Below, one piece after another: positions 27,458-36,455 of a DNA stretch of 64,000 bases. A program made the translations under genes and the position numbers. The number at the start of each line of letters is the position of its first letter. Position 1 is the first letter of the stretch. This DNA comes from an uncultured Acidobacteriota bacterium (GTDB lineage: Bacteria; Acidobacteriota; Thermoanaerobaculia; Multivoradales; UBA5704): contig OY969474.1 in the NCBI GenBank assembly GCA_963700145.1, forward strand, positions 1,536,001 to 1,600,000. Direction: 5' to 3'. A model generated the notes under the pieces. It did no database searches. It saw only the letters and a list, made by a program, of their open reading frames with translations, and had not been told where the DNA came from.

Positions 27458-27658
27458 TCAGGCTCCGGGCGCGGACATCGCTCCCTTCGTGCCGCCGCCG
27501 CCGGTGTCGGGCGGATCGTCGGGCGAGAAGGAGAGGCCGAGGATGCGCGCCCAGGTCACCTCGCCCTGTCCGTCGTCGAGGCTCGGCGCGTCGTGCGTCG
27601 CCGACGGCGGCGGCGTCTGGGCGGTCTGCGGCTGCATGGTCAGGGTCTCGTCGGCCAT
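27458..27658 (-). CDS. 66-aa small protein ending in DDPPDTGGGGTK motif
   Basis: Strong RBS AAGGAGG just before ATG; fills the gap between the CHAT and C25 genes. Confidence 0.75.
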   Translation of the reverse strand: MADETLTMQPQTAQTPPPSATHDAPSLDDGQGEVTWARILGLSFSPDDPPDTGGGGTKGAMSAPGA

Positions 27659-27704
27659 GATCCCTCCTTGAAGTTTGCGCGGCTGGCACGCGGGGTTCGC
27701 GTGC

Positions 27705-27733
27705 TTGAGACCCTGGGGTCGCGCTTTTGTTCA
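27705..27733 (-). promoter_or_regulatory. Candidate ECF sigma promoter upstream of the small peptide
   Basis: Minus strand TGAACAA-16 nt-TCTCAA (GAAC-N17-GTCT), resembling ECF -35/-10 elements. Confidence 0.4.
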
Positions 27734-30541
27734 GGGGAGGGCGATGCCGCGCCATTCGCCCTCGAGCACGAAGCCCGCCCAGTAGGCGGGCGCGCTCCAG
27801 CGCGGGTGGCGGCGCATCGCGAGCTGCGCCTGGCGCAGCGCCGCGGCGGGCGCGAGACCTTCGCGGAAGAGGCCGCGGTAGAAGACGGCCATCAGCTCGG
27901 CGGTGGCTGCGTCGTCGGCGGCCCAGAGGCTCACCAGCGCCCGCCGCGCGCCGGCACGGAGCACTGCCCGCGACAGGCTCTGCACCCCCTCGCCGCGCAC
28001 CTCCTCGCCGGCCGCCGTGTGGCAAGCGCTGAGCACGACGAGCTCCGCCGGCAGCTTCATGCGCGCCAGCTCGCCGGCGCGCAGCAGCTCGGCGCGCGGC
28101 GCGCCGGCGGCGTCGACGCCGGAGAGGACGATGCCGGAGCGCTCGAGGTCGCGGGCGGCGACGCCGTGCGTGGCGAAGTGGACGATGCGGAACTCTTCCA
28201 GATCGCCGCTCAGCACGGCGTCGCGGCTCGCCGCGCGACCGAGCAGTTGGCGGCAGCTGCCGGGGGGTGCCAGCGCGACGATCCGCTCCGCCTCGACGCG
28301 CGAGAACGGCAACCGCGGCAGCGCGCCGAGGCCGAGCTCCCCTTCGGCGCGCAAGGCGGCCGCCGCGGCGTCGCCGCGGCCGAAGACCGGATCGGCGACC
28401 ACCGCGATCAGACGATCGGGCGCGCCCCGGCCCGGCGGCCGCCGGCGCAGCTCGGCGAGGTACGCGGCCGAAGGCAGGCCGACGACCTCGTGTCGCGCCA
28501 GGAGCGGCGCACGCGGATCGGCGGGATCGGGGAGCATGGCGAAGGGAACCGCGGCGAGGGCGCCGTCCGCCACCACGAGCAGCCGCCGCGGGAGCGGCCG
28601 GCCGGCGAGGGGCGTGAGGATCCGCGCCGCGAGCTCCGCCAGCGCCGCGCGTGCCTCGGCCGCCGCCGGCGGCGCGGCACTGCGCACGAGGAGCCGGTGC
28701 GCCTGCCGCGCGAGCGCCTCGATCTCCCCCCGCGGCGGCAGCTCGTGGCCGGTCAGCCTCCCCCGGTCCAGCCGCCAGGCGAAGCTCCGCTCCTCGCCGA
28801 GGAAGTAGGAGAGCAGGACGGTCTCCTCATCCAGGAGCTCGCGTCGGATCTGCCCGGGGTCGGAGACCGTGCGCGCCGTCGAGTCGAACAGCCCGCGCGC
28901 CCGCGTCCGCTCCACCGCCGCGAAGGCCGTGGCGTCGAAGCCGGCGCCGGGAAGCTCGCGGTCGAGCCGCATGAGAAGGCTCACGGCCAGCTCGTACGGA
29001 TCGAAGACGGCGCTGGTGAAGGAGGAGCGGAGACGGTCCGCGGGGACGCTCGAGCGCAGTCCGTCCAGCCCGACAACCGCCTCCTCGGCCGACGCGCGCG
29101 CCCGCGCCACCTCGCCGAGATCGCGCTCGGCCAGGGCCCGTCCATAGACAGTGAGGGGGATCTCGCTCCGCTCCCCCAGCCGCGCATAGAGCGCCTCCGC
29201 CCGCGCGAGCAGCGCCAGGGCCTCCCGCTCGCGCCCGAGCAGGACGTCCAGGCGCCCGAGGCTGGCGAGCGCGTGGGCCTGGCCGCGCGGGTCGCGGACC
29301 GCCGCCGCCAACGCGAGGGCTCGGCGCTGCGCGGCGCGGGCGCGGGCATGCTGGCCGTCGAGGAGCAGGAGGTCGCCGTAGGCGTTGAGGACCATCGCCT
29401 CGGACGCGCGATCGCCGCGGCCGCGGGCGAGGGCGAGGGCGCGCCGGTAGCTGGCGCGCGCCCGCTCGCGATCGCCGAGGCGGGCCTGCGCGATCCCCAG
29501 GCTGCGCAGCAGCACGATGAGCTGCTCCGGCGCCTGGCACTCGAGGGCGAGCGCCTCGCGGAAGTGCGCCAGCGCGCGCGGCAGGTCCCCGAGGATGATC
29601 GAGGCCTCGCCCAGGTTGGCGAGCGCCAAGGTCTCGCCGCACGGCAGCCCCGCCGCCCGCGACAGCTCGCGGGCGCGCTGCAGCCGGCGCGCGGCCTCGC
29701 CCAGCTCGCCCAACGCGCGATGGGCGAGGGCGAGATGGCCGTGAGCAGCTGCGGCGTGGAAGGGCTCGCTGGCGGCCGCCGCGAGGGCCGGGGAGCGCTC
29801 GAGCGTGCGGATGGCGGCGCGAGGGTCCCCCAGCCGCCAGTGCAGCCAGCCCAGGCGGTTCAGAGCGGCCAGCCGGTCGTCGCGGTCGGCGAGGCCGAGC
29901 GCCAGCGCCCGCTCGTACGCCGCCCGCGCCTGCGGGTACTCGCCCAGGCTGGCGTGGACCAGACCCAGCCGCGCCGCAGAGCGGGCGGCGGCCGCCGGCG
30001 CGGGGACGCCGAGCTGCGCGCGCAACGCCCTGGCGTAGGGCCCCACGGCGGCGCGCAGCCCGGGGCCGTCGCCGCGCTTGCGCGCCCGCTCGCCGGCGTC
30101 GAAGTCCAGCTCCGCCGCGGCCAGGCGCCGGTCGGCGGGCGTCGCGGCGCGGACGGCGACGAGCCGCTTGCGGTAACCCACCAGCGAGCCGCGGCGCGGC
30201 AGGACGACCTCGACGGCGAGCTTCCCCGCGGCCTCCGCAACCGCGAGCAACCGCTCCTCGCCACGCGTGCCGTTCGGACTGTCGCGCTCGAGCAGGACTG
30301 CCCCGCCCGGCTCGCGCAGGCGGACGGCGACGTCGCTCCCTAGCTGCTCGACGACGACCTCGAGCGCCTGGCCGCGCCGGACCTCGACGACTTCGCGGTC
30401 CACCGGGCCGTCGGCCGCCGACCACGAAGACGCGCGCCAGCCGAGACGGGAGCCCGGCGCCGCTTCGTGGCGGAGCACGAGGAGCCCACCGCAGGCGGCG
30501 GCGAGCAGGGCTGCGGCGGCCGGGAGCGCGCGCGGCTTCAA
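27731..30541 (-). CDS. TPR-CHAT (caspase-like) protease with N-terminal signal/lipobox and PPC-like domain
   Basis: IVHFATHG and LVVLSACHT catalytic dyad, LVVADGALAAVPF, SLWAADD, YWAGF; multiple TPRs; N-terminus LLAAAC. Confidence 0.93.
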   Translation of the reverse strand: MKPRALPAAAALLAAACGGLLVLRHEAAPGSRLGWRASSWSAADGPVDREVVEVRRGQALEVVVEQLGSDVAVRLREPGGAVLLERDSPNGTRGEERLLAVAEAAGKLAVEVVLPRRGSLVGYRKRLVAVRAATPADRRLAAAELDFDAGERARKRGDGPGLRAAVGPYARALRAQLGVPAPAAAARSAARLGLVHASLGEYPQARAAYERALALGLADRDDRLAALNRLGWLHWRLGDPRAAIRTLERSPALAAAASEPFHAAAAHGHLALAHRALGELGEAARRLQRARELSRAAGLPCGETLALANLGEASIILGDLPRALAHFREALALECQAPEQLIVLLRSLGIAQARLGDRERARASYRRALALARGRGDRASEAMVLNAYGDLLLLDGQHARARAAQRRALALAAAVRDPRGQAHALASLGRLDVLLGREREALALLARAEALYARLGERSEIPLTVYGRALAERDLGEVARARASAEEAVVGLDGLRSSVPADRLRSSFTSAVFDPYELAVSLLMRLDRELPGAGFDATAFAAVERTRARGLFDSTARTVSDPGQIRRELLDEETVLLSYFLGEERSFAWRLDRGRLTGHELPPRGEIEALARQAHRLLVRSAAPPAAAEARAALAELAARILTPLAGRPLPRRLLVVADGALAAVPFAMLPDPADPRAPLLARHEVVGLPSAAYLAELRRRPPGRGAPDRLIAVVADPVFGRGDAAAAALRAEGELGLGALPRLPFSRVEAERIVALAPPGSCRQLLGRAASRDAVLSGDLEEFRIVHFATHGVAARDLERSGIVLSGVDAAGAPRAELLRAGELARMKLPAELVVLSACHTAAGEEVRGEGVQSLSRAVLRAGARRALVSLWAADDAATAELMAVFYRGLFREGLAPAAALRQAQLAMRRHPRWSAPAYWAGFVLEGEWRGIALP

Positions 30542-31317
30542 GGCCGGATCAGCAGCTCCTGCACGGCCAGCTCGCGCGATCCTTGCGGTCCGCTGGCGGT
30601 AAGGCGCAGCCGGTACTCTCCTGGAGCCAGGAAGTGCGACGGCAGCTGGAGCACGAAGCGATCACGGGCGGGCCGCGGTAGCGGGGGGCTGCGCCAGACG
30701 CGCCGGCCGCCGGCTCCGACGATCTCCCATCGGAACCCGCCCTCGTCGCGTCGCGGCGCCGCCTGGACGGCGACGACCAGCGGCGCCGCCGCGCTGGACA
30801 CCACCGGCACGTCGCGCAGCGTGCCGCCGGTCGCGGTACGCTCGACGAGCACGGCGTCGGTGCGCGGCCGCGCCGGCGCCCCCAGCCGCCGCTGCAGCGC
30901 GACGACCCATGCCGACGCGCCCAGCGTCGTGACCAGCAGCCCCGCCGCCAGCGCCCACGGCACCCAGGGAGCGCGCGGGCCTACCCGCTGCCACGCCGCC
31001 GGCCGCGGCTCCGCCGCCTGCACGCTTCCCCACAGCCGCCGCCATTCGCGCTCGGCCTCTTTCGGCGAGAGCTCCGGCACGTCCGCCGCCGGCGCGCTGC
31101 CGGGAAAGGCGCGCAGCTCGAGCACCTGGCGGCTGCACTCGCGGCAGAGCGCCAGGTGGTCGCGCAGCTCCTCGGCCTCCGCCTCCTCGAGCCCGCCGCC
31201 GGCGTAGGCCACGAGTCGCTCGGGCGCCGGGTGCTCCCCCTCCTGCCGGCGCGCCTCCTCGGCCCAGCGCTTGACCGCTGCCGCAAGCGGATCGTGCCGT
31301 TCGTCCACGCTCGTCAC
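30538..31317 (-). CDS. zf-HC2 zinc-binding anti-sigma factor, single TM, extracytoplasmic domain
   Basis: EHP...L.AY...HLALCREC (HxxxCxxC), TM WALAAGLLVTTLGASAWVVAL; GTGA overlap with the sigma gene. Confidence 0.85.
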   Translation of the reverse strand: MTSVDERHDPLAAAVKRWAEEARRQEGEHPAPERLVAYAGGGLEEAEAEELRDHLALCRECSRQVLELRAFPGSAPAADVPELSPKEAEREWRRLWGSVQAAEPRPAAWQRVGPRAPWVPWALAAGLLVTTLGASAWVVALQRRLGAPARPRTDAVLVERTATGGTLRDVPVVSSAAAPLVVAVQAAPRRDEGGFRWEIVGAGGRRVWRSPPLPRPARDRFVLQLPSHFLAPGEYRLRLTASGPQGSRELAVQELLIRP

Positions 31318-31925
31318 CCTCCTTGCAGCGCGTCGCCGAGCCGCGTCTTGAGCTGCTGCCGTCCCTGGAAGAGGTGGGCCTTGACCGCCCCCACCGAGAT
31401 GCCGAGCAGCTCGGCGATCTCGTTGTAGCCGAGCTGCTGGTCGATGCGCAGCGTCATGCAGCGCCGCATCTGCGGCGCCAGCTCCCGCATCGCCGAGTGC
31501 AGCAGGCGGGAGCGCTCGCCGGCGAGGACCCCCTCGAGCGGGCCGCTCGCCTCGCTCCGCGCGGCGCTCGGCGCGGCGGACGCCGCCAGCCGCTCCTCGG
31601 TGACGTCCGCGAGCGGCAGCTCGGGGGCGTCCCGCTTGAGCGCCCGGCGTTCGCGGATCCGGTTCAGGGCCACGTTGCTCATGATCTGGAAGAGCCAGGT
31701 CCTGAAGCTGGCGTCGCGCCGGAAGGCGTCGAGACCCGACCAAACCTTGAGGAGGGTCTCCTGCGCCAGGTCGAAGCCCTCGTCGCGGGTGAAGCCGTAG
31801 CGCACGAAAAAGCAGAGGACGGAGTAGTGGTAGCCCAGGAAGAGCCGGCGGAAGAGCTCTTCCCGATCACCGCCGGACTGCCACTCGGCGGCGACGAGAT
31901 CGCCGATCTGCTGCTGTTCCGACAT
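31314..31925 (-). CDS. ECF RNA polymerase sigma factor
   Basis: DLAQETLLKVW, FRTWLFQI (region 2); YNEIAELLGISVGAVKAHL (region 4). Confidence 0.93.
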   Translation of the reverse strand: MSEQQQIGDLVAAEWQSGGDREELFRRLFLGYHYSVLCFFVRYGFTRDEGFDLAQETLLKVWSGLDAFRRDASFRTWLFQIMSNVALNRIRERRALKRDAPELPLADVTEERLAASAAPSAARSEASGPLEGVLAGERSRLLHSAMRELAPQMRRCMTLRIDQQLGYNEIAELLGISVGAVKAHLFQGRQQLKTRLGDALQGG

Positions 31926-32021
31926 GGGAGACGGTCGCCAATCCTAACGCAGGCGGCGCGAGGGCCGACGGCGGGCGCCGGGTGTGGCGCCCGCCGCGGT
32001 CACTCGAAAGAGGGAGACGGA

Positions 32022-32636
32022 CTAGCGGCCGCTTTTCGCGGCCGCCGGCTGCTGCCGGTCGGCCTCGATGGCGATGTTGACCTTGACGTCCTCGCCGAGC
32101 ACGGTGCCGCCGGCGTCGAGGACGCGGTTCCAGATCACGCCGTACTCCTTGCGGTTGACGGTGAAGCTGGTCTCGAAGCCGGCCTTCTCGCCGCGCGGAT
32201 GGGCGATCGTGCCGAGAATCTCGACCGGGATCGTCACCCGCTTGGTGACGCCGTGGATCGTCAGGTCGCCGGTCACCTCCAGCGTGTCGGCGTCCTGCGC
32301 CTTGACGCTGGTGCTCGCGAAGCTGAGGGTCGGGAACTTCTGCGCGTCGAAGAAGTCGGGCGACTTGAGGTGGGTGTCGCGGTCGTCGTTGTCGGTGTCG
32401 ATCGACGCCGACTGCACGGTGAACTCGACGCTGGAGTTGGCCGGCGCCTGCTTGTCGTACTTGATGGTGCCGTCGAAGTCGCGGAAGCGGCCGGGGACGT
32501 TGCTGACGAAGTGGCGGACGCTGAAGCTGACGGCGCTGTGGTCGGGGTCCACCTTGTAGACGGCGGGCTCGGCGGCGGCCAGCGCGGGCAGCGCGAGGGT
32601 CAGGACGAGGGCGGAGATCAGGGTCTTCCTGGACAC
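32022..32636 (-). CDS. YceI family polyisoprenoid-binding protein
   Basis: YKVDPDHSAVSF.VRH, SIDT.N..RDTHLKSPDFFD, GDLTIHGVT; signal peptide. Confidence 0.92.
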   Translation of the reverse strand: MSRKTLISALVLTLALPALAAAEPAVYKVDPDHSAVSFSVRHFVSNVPGRFRDFDGTIKYDKQAPANSSVEFTVQSASIDTDNDDRDTHLKSPDFFDAQKFPTLSFASTSVKAQDADTLEVTGDLTIHGVTKRVTIPVEILGTIAHPRGEKAGFETSFTVNRKEYGVIWNRVLDAGGTVLGEDVKVNIAIEADRQQPAAAKSGR

Positions 32637-32674
32637 GTGTTCACTCCCTTTCGGAAATTGAGTGCGTAGGTTAC

Positions 32675-33709
32675 CTAAGGACAGGCCGCGAAGGCCAGGG
32701 TGTCGGTGACCGCCGGGGCCGGGCGCCCCGCCGGGTTGTCGTAGCGCGCGATGGCGCCGGTCAGCGTGTCGGTGACGACCAGGGTGTGCTCGACGGTGGT
32801 GGTCGCGGCGGCGAAGACCCAGACGTGGCCGTTCACCGCGCAGCCGTCGAGGACCTTCACCAGCAGCTCCCAGTTCTGCGGCCCGAAGAACCAGAAGAGG
32901 CCGGAGTCGGCGGCGGCGCCGGGGACGACGTGCCCCTGCCCCGCCTTGCCGTCGAAGTCGCGCCAGGCGACCTCCACGGCGTAGCGCCCGCCGTTGAGGC
33001 AGAGGCGCGTGTCGCTCGGGACGCAGCCGGCGGCCGCCGGGTAGTGCTGGGCGGCCAGGAAGCGGAAGCCGTCGTCCAGGGAGGCGTCGGGCCAGGAGCC
33101 GTGACCGTAGCCGGCCTGCACGTCGGACTCCCAGGGCACGCCGAGACGCTGCCACTGCGCGACCAGCGCGGCGTAGGAGCCGGCGTAGTTCGGGTCCTGG
33201 GTGCCGTAGTACATGCGGATCGGAGCGCTGTAGGCGGAGTCGGCGACGGCGCCAACCGGGTAGTAGGGCGCCGCCAGGCTGAACACGCCGCTGTACCGGG
33301 AGACGGTCGAGTAGGCGAGGAGGTAGGCGTAGGCGCCGCCGGCGGAGTGGCCGGCGACGGCGATCCGCCGCGGGTCGATCGAAAGGTCCTCGCCGGCGAG
33401 GCGGAGGCTCTCGGCGACGGTCGTCGCGTCGGCGGCGGTCCCCCAGCCGAGCGTCTCGGACTTGGGGAGGACGGCGACGCTCCCCGCGGCCTCGGCGGCA
33501 TTGGCGACGTAGACGCGATAGGGCTGCGGGCTGCTGCCCGCGCCGTGGAAGAAGAGGACGAGGGGCGCCGGAGCGGACTGGTCCAGGCTCGCCGGCACGT
33601 AACGGTCGGCGGAGGAGCCGGTGGCCGCGACGTCGATGCGCTGCCAGCCGGGGGCGACCGGCGGGTGCGGCACGGCCAGGGACGAGACGACCGCCAGGAG
33701 CCCGAGCAT
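32675..33709 (-). CDS. Secreted alpha/beta hydrolase (esterase) carrying the same C-terminal domain as 17849 and 18676
   Basis: LFFHGAG, GHSAGG nucleophile elbow, GTQD, GHG; C-terminus LCLNGGRY...WFFGPQNWELLVKVLDGC...DTLAFAACP. Confidence 0.85.
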   Translation of the reverse strand: MLGLLAVVSSLAVPHPPVAPGWQRIDVAATGSSADRYVPASLDQSAPAPLVLFFHGAGSSPQPYRVYVANAAEAAGSVAVLPKSETLGWGTAADATTVAESLRLAGEDLSIDPRRIAVAGHSAGGAYAYLLAYSTVSRYSGVFSLAAPYYPVGAVADSAYSAPIRMYYGTQDPNYAGSYAALVAQWQRLGVPWESDVQAGYGHGSWPDASLDDGFRFLAAQHYPAAAGCVPSDTRLCLNGGRYAVEVAWRDFDGKAGQGHVVPGAAADSGLFWFFGPQNWELLVKVLDGCAVNGHVWVFAAATTTVEHTLVVTDTLTGAIARYDNPAGRPAPAVTDTLAFAACP

Positions 33710-33767
33710 CTCCCCCCTAAAGCCGCCGCCGGGCGGCAGAATTCCGGTGCTACAGTGCCGCGCCGCC

Positions 33768-34460
33768 ATGCCGCTCGCGCCGCCGGACTGGATCGCCCTC
33801 GCCGGCGGGCGGTCCTGGATGGGCGGCGGGCCGCGGGCGGAGGAGAACCCGCGCCACGAGGTGCTGCTCCCCCCCTTCCGCCTGGCGCGCGCGCCGGTCG
33901 TGCGCGCCGACTACCAGCTCTTCCTCGACGCCACCGGCCATGCGGCCCCCCCGTTCTGGGGCGAGGCGGCGTTCGCCCATCCGCGGATGCCGGCGGTGGG
34001 GCCCTCCTGGGACGACGCCGCCGCCTTCTGCGCCTGGGCCGGCGAGCGCTGGGGGGAGCCGGTCCGGCTGCCGAGCGAGGCCGAGTGGGAGCACGCGGCG
34101 AAGGCCGGCCGCGAGGCGCTCTACCCCTGGGGGGACGCGCCGCCCGAGGCGCTGCCCGACTACTCGCGGCGCTGGCTCGAAGGGCCGGAGCCGGTGGACG
34201 CCTACCCCTCCCTCCACCCCCTCGGCTTCCTCGGCCTCGGCGAGAACGTCCACGAGTGGTGCGACGACTGGTACGACGCCGCCTACTACGCCGTCTCGGC
34301 GCTCGAGGACCCGCGCGGCCCGGCGAGCGGCCGGCGCCGCGCCTCCCGCGGCGGCGCCTGGCGGCACGCGGTCAAGGTGAGCCGCTGCGCCGCCCGCTCC
34401 TCCATCCCGCCGGCGGCGCGCTACAGCGACTACGGCTTCCGCCTGGCGGCCTCGGCCTAG
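33768..34460 (+). CDS. FGE-sulfatase (SUMF1/EgtB/PvdO) domain protein
   Basis: RLPSEAEWE.AA, YPWG, NVHEWC.DWY, RGGAW, GFRLA; lacks the FGE CxxxxC. Confidence 0.88.
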   Translation: MPLAPPDWIALAGGRSWMGGGPRAEENPRHEVLLPPFRLARAPVVRADYQLFLDATGHAAPPFWGEAAFAHPRMPAVGPSWDDAAAFCAWAGERWGEPVRLPSEAEWEHAAKAGREALYPWGDAPPEALPDYSRRWLEGPEPVDAYPSLHPLGFLGLGENVHEWCDDWYDAAYYAVSALEDPRGPASGRRRASRGGAWRHAVKVSRCAARSSIPPAARYSDYGFRLAASA

Positions 34461-34461
34461 A

Positions 34462-34926
34462 ATGCGCCTCGTGGACGACGCGCTCCAGCCCTGCCCGTTC
34501 TGCGGCTCCCGCGACCTCGAGGTGCAGCCCGACGGCCGCGTCCACTGCCGCGCCTGCGACGCCTGGGGGCCGACGGCGAAGTCCGCCGAGGGGCCGGGAT
34601 GGGTGCGGGGCTCGGACCCCGCGGCGCAACCCGACGCTCGCCCGGAGGCTCACCCGGGCTCGCTGCTCCTCCTCGGCTTCACCCTCCTGGCCCTCGTCCT
34701 GCTCTTCACGCAGATCGGCGAGCTCGCCCGCTGGCGCTACCTCGGCGCGGCGGGCGCGGCCGCCGTCCTGCTCCTCCTCTCCATTCTCAGCGGCGCCGCG
34801 CAGCTCGCGCTCGCGCACCTGCCGGACCGGCTCCCCCGCCGCTGGCAAGGGCTGCCCTTCCTCCTCCAAGCCGGCCTCGCGGCCGCGGCCGCGCTGCCGA
34901 TGGCCCTGGCGTTCCTACTGGACTGA
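34462..34926 (+). CDS. Membrane protein with N-terminal Lar-like zinc ribbon
   Basis: LQPCPFCGS...VHCRACDAWGP followed by three hydrophobic helices; starts 1 bp after the upstream stop. Confidence 0.65.
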   Translation: MRLVDDALQPCPFCGSRDLEVQPDGRVHCRACDAWGPTAKSAEGPGWVRGSDPAAQPDARPEAHPGSLLLLGFTLLALVLLFTQIGELARWRYLGAAGAAAVLLLLSILSGAAQLALAHLPDRLPRRWQGLPFLLQAGLAAAAALPMALAFLLD

Positions 34927-36438
34927 GAGCGCGAGCTCGCGCGGCTTGACGTCGTCGAGGAGCGCCTCGCGGCGCAGGCGGCCGCCGGCGTCGTACTTGC
35001 CCTTCTCGCGCCGCTCGAGGAACTCGATGTAGCGGCGGATGCCGGCGTCCTTGTCGCGGTGGGTGTAGCGCAGGAGCCCTTGCGTGATGCGGTAGGCGCG
35101 GGGCGCGCGGCTCCCCTCGGGGACGCCGTGGACGGCGCGGAAGGTGTCGAGCAGCTCGCGCTGCAGCACGCTCGGCGGCACCGCCTCGGGGTAGAAGACC
35201 AGGTAGTCGCCGGCGAAGTAGTCCCAGTCGTAGTGGACGAACTTCTCGTCGCCGTAGAGCTGGTGCTGGCCGCGCAGCTTCTGCTGGAAGGGGTACTCCA
35301 TAAGCGGCTGGATGACCACCCGCTGGAGCCGCCGGTGGTAGCGCCGCCAGAAGTCGCGGATCAGGGCCAGCTCCCCGAGCGGGTCGGCGACGTCGCCGAC
35401 CACGAAGCTGGCCACGATCTTGGTCTTGACGCCGTAGGTCTCCAGCCGCTCCATCGCGGCGTGGATCCCCTCGACCGTCGTCCCCTTGTCGAAGCCGTCG
35501 AGGCTCGCCTGCGACAGCGACTCGACGCCGAAGAAGACGTTGGCGATCCCCGCCTCGTCGAAGAGCCGCCAGAGCTCCTCGTCCTTGGTCGAGTCGACGC
35601 GGGTGAAGGCGCTGATCTTGCGGATCCCCGGCTTGGCGCGCGCCATCTGCCGCAGCAGCTCCTTGGTCTCGCCGCGGCGGATCGCCAGGTCGTTGTCGTG
35701 GAACATGCCGTAGGGGAAGCCGGTCATGCCGTGGAAGCTGGCCAGGTCCACCAGCACGCTCCCCGCCGGCCGCGTGCGGTAACTCTGCCCGAGCTGGCGC
35801 ATGCCGAGGCAGAAGTTGCAGGAGTAGGGGCAGCCGCGCGAGAACTGGACGACCGGGAACGGGAAGCGGAGCCGGCCGGTGCGCAGGAAGTTGCCGAGGA
35901 CGCCGGGGTAGTGGTGGATGAGCGGCGGCTCGAGCGGGAAGTCGATCTGCTGCAGGGCCGCCCGGCGCGGCGTGTAGACGATCCCGCCGTCCTCGCCGCG
36001 GAAGGTGAGGCCGTCGATGCCGCGCGGCTGGGGCGTGCCGCCGGCGTCCAGGTGCCGCAGGAGGTCGAGGACGATCTCCTCCCCCTCGTTCATCACCACG
36101 TAGTCGCAGTGGTCGAGGCAGTCCTCCGGCTCGCAGGTCGGGTGCGGGCCGCCGAAGACCACCACCGGCGGCCCGCCCGGCCGCCGCCGCACCCGGTCGG
36201 CGAGGCGGTAGCCGATCTTCGCCGTGTGCACCATCGTCGAGACCAGCAGGTAGTCGCAGTCGGCGAGCCAGCGCTCGTCGAGCCTGGTGCTGGCGAACAT
36301 CGGGAAGTACTTGACCGCGTAGCCGTGGCGGTGGAGGTGCGAGGCGATCGAGAGACCGCCGTAGCCGAAGAGCAAGAAGAGAGAGGCGAGGCTGTCGGCG
36401 CGAGGGTGGCCCGCCTCGACCACCGCGATCTTCTTCAC
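34915..36438 (-). CDS. Cobalamin-binding radical SAM protein
   Basis: VFGGPHPT, DYVVMNEGE (B12-binding domain), SRGCPYSCNFC, FFGVES. Confidence 0.9.
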   Translation of the reverse strand: MKKIAVVEAGHPRADSLASLFLLFGYGGLSIASHLHRHGYAVKYFPMFASTRLDERWLADCDYLLVSTMVHTAKIGYRLADRVRRRPGGPPVVVFGGPHPTCEPEDCLDHCDYVVMNEGEEIVLDLLRHLDAGGTPQPRGIDGLTFRGEDGGIVYTPRRAALQQIDFPLEPPLIHHYPGVLGNFLRTGRLRFPFPVVQFSRGCPYSCNFCLGMRQLGQSYRTRPAGSVLVDLASFHGMTGFPYGMFHDNDLAIRRGETKELLRQMARAKPGIRKISAFTRVDSTKDEELWRLFDEAGIANVFFGVESLSQASLDGFDKGTTVEGIHAAMERLETYGVKTKIVASFVVGDVADPLGELALIRDFWRRYHRRLQRVVIQPLMEYPFQQKLRGQHQLYGDEKFVHYDWDYFAGDYLVFYPEAVPPSVLQRELLDTFRAVHGVPEGSRAPRAYRITQGLLRYTHRDKDAGIRRYIEFLERREKGKYDAGGRLRREALLDDVKPRELALSVQ

Positions 36439-36455
36439 GTCACGCAACCCTCGGG

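Noticed and set aside
33768-34460. Formylglycine-generating enzyme or DGR target
   Set aside because: No catalytic CxxxxC; no reverse transcriptase or template repeat in the window.
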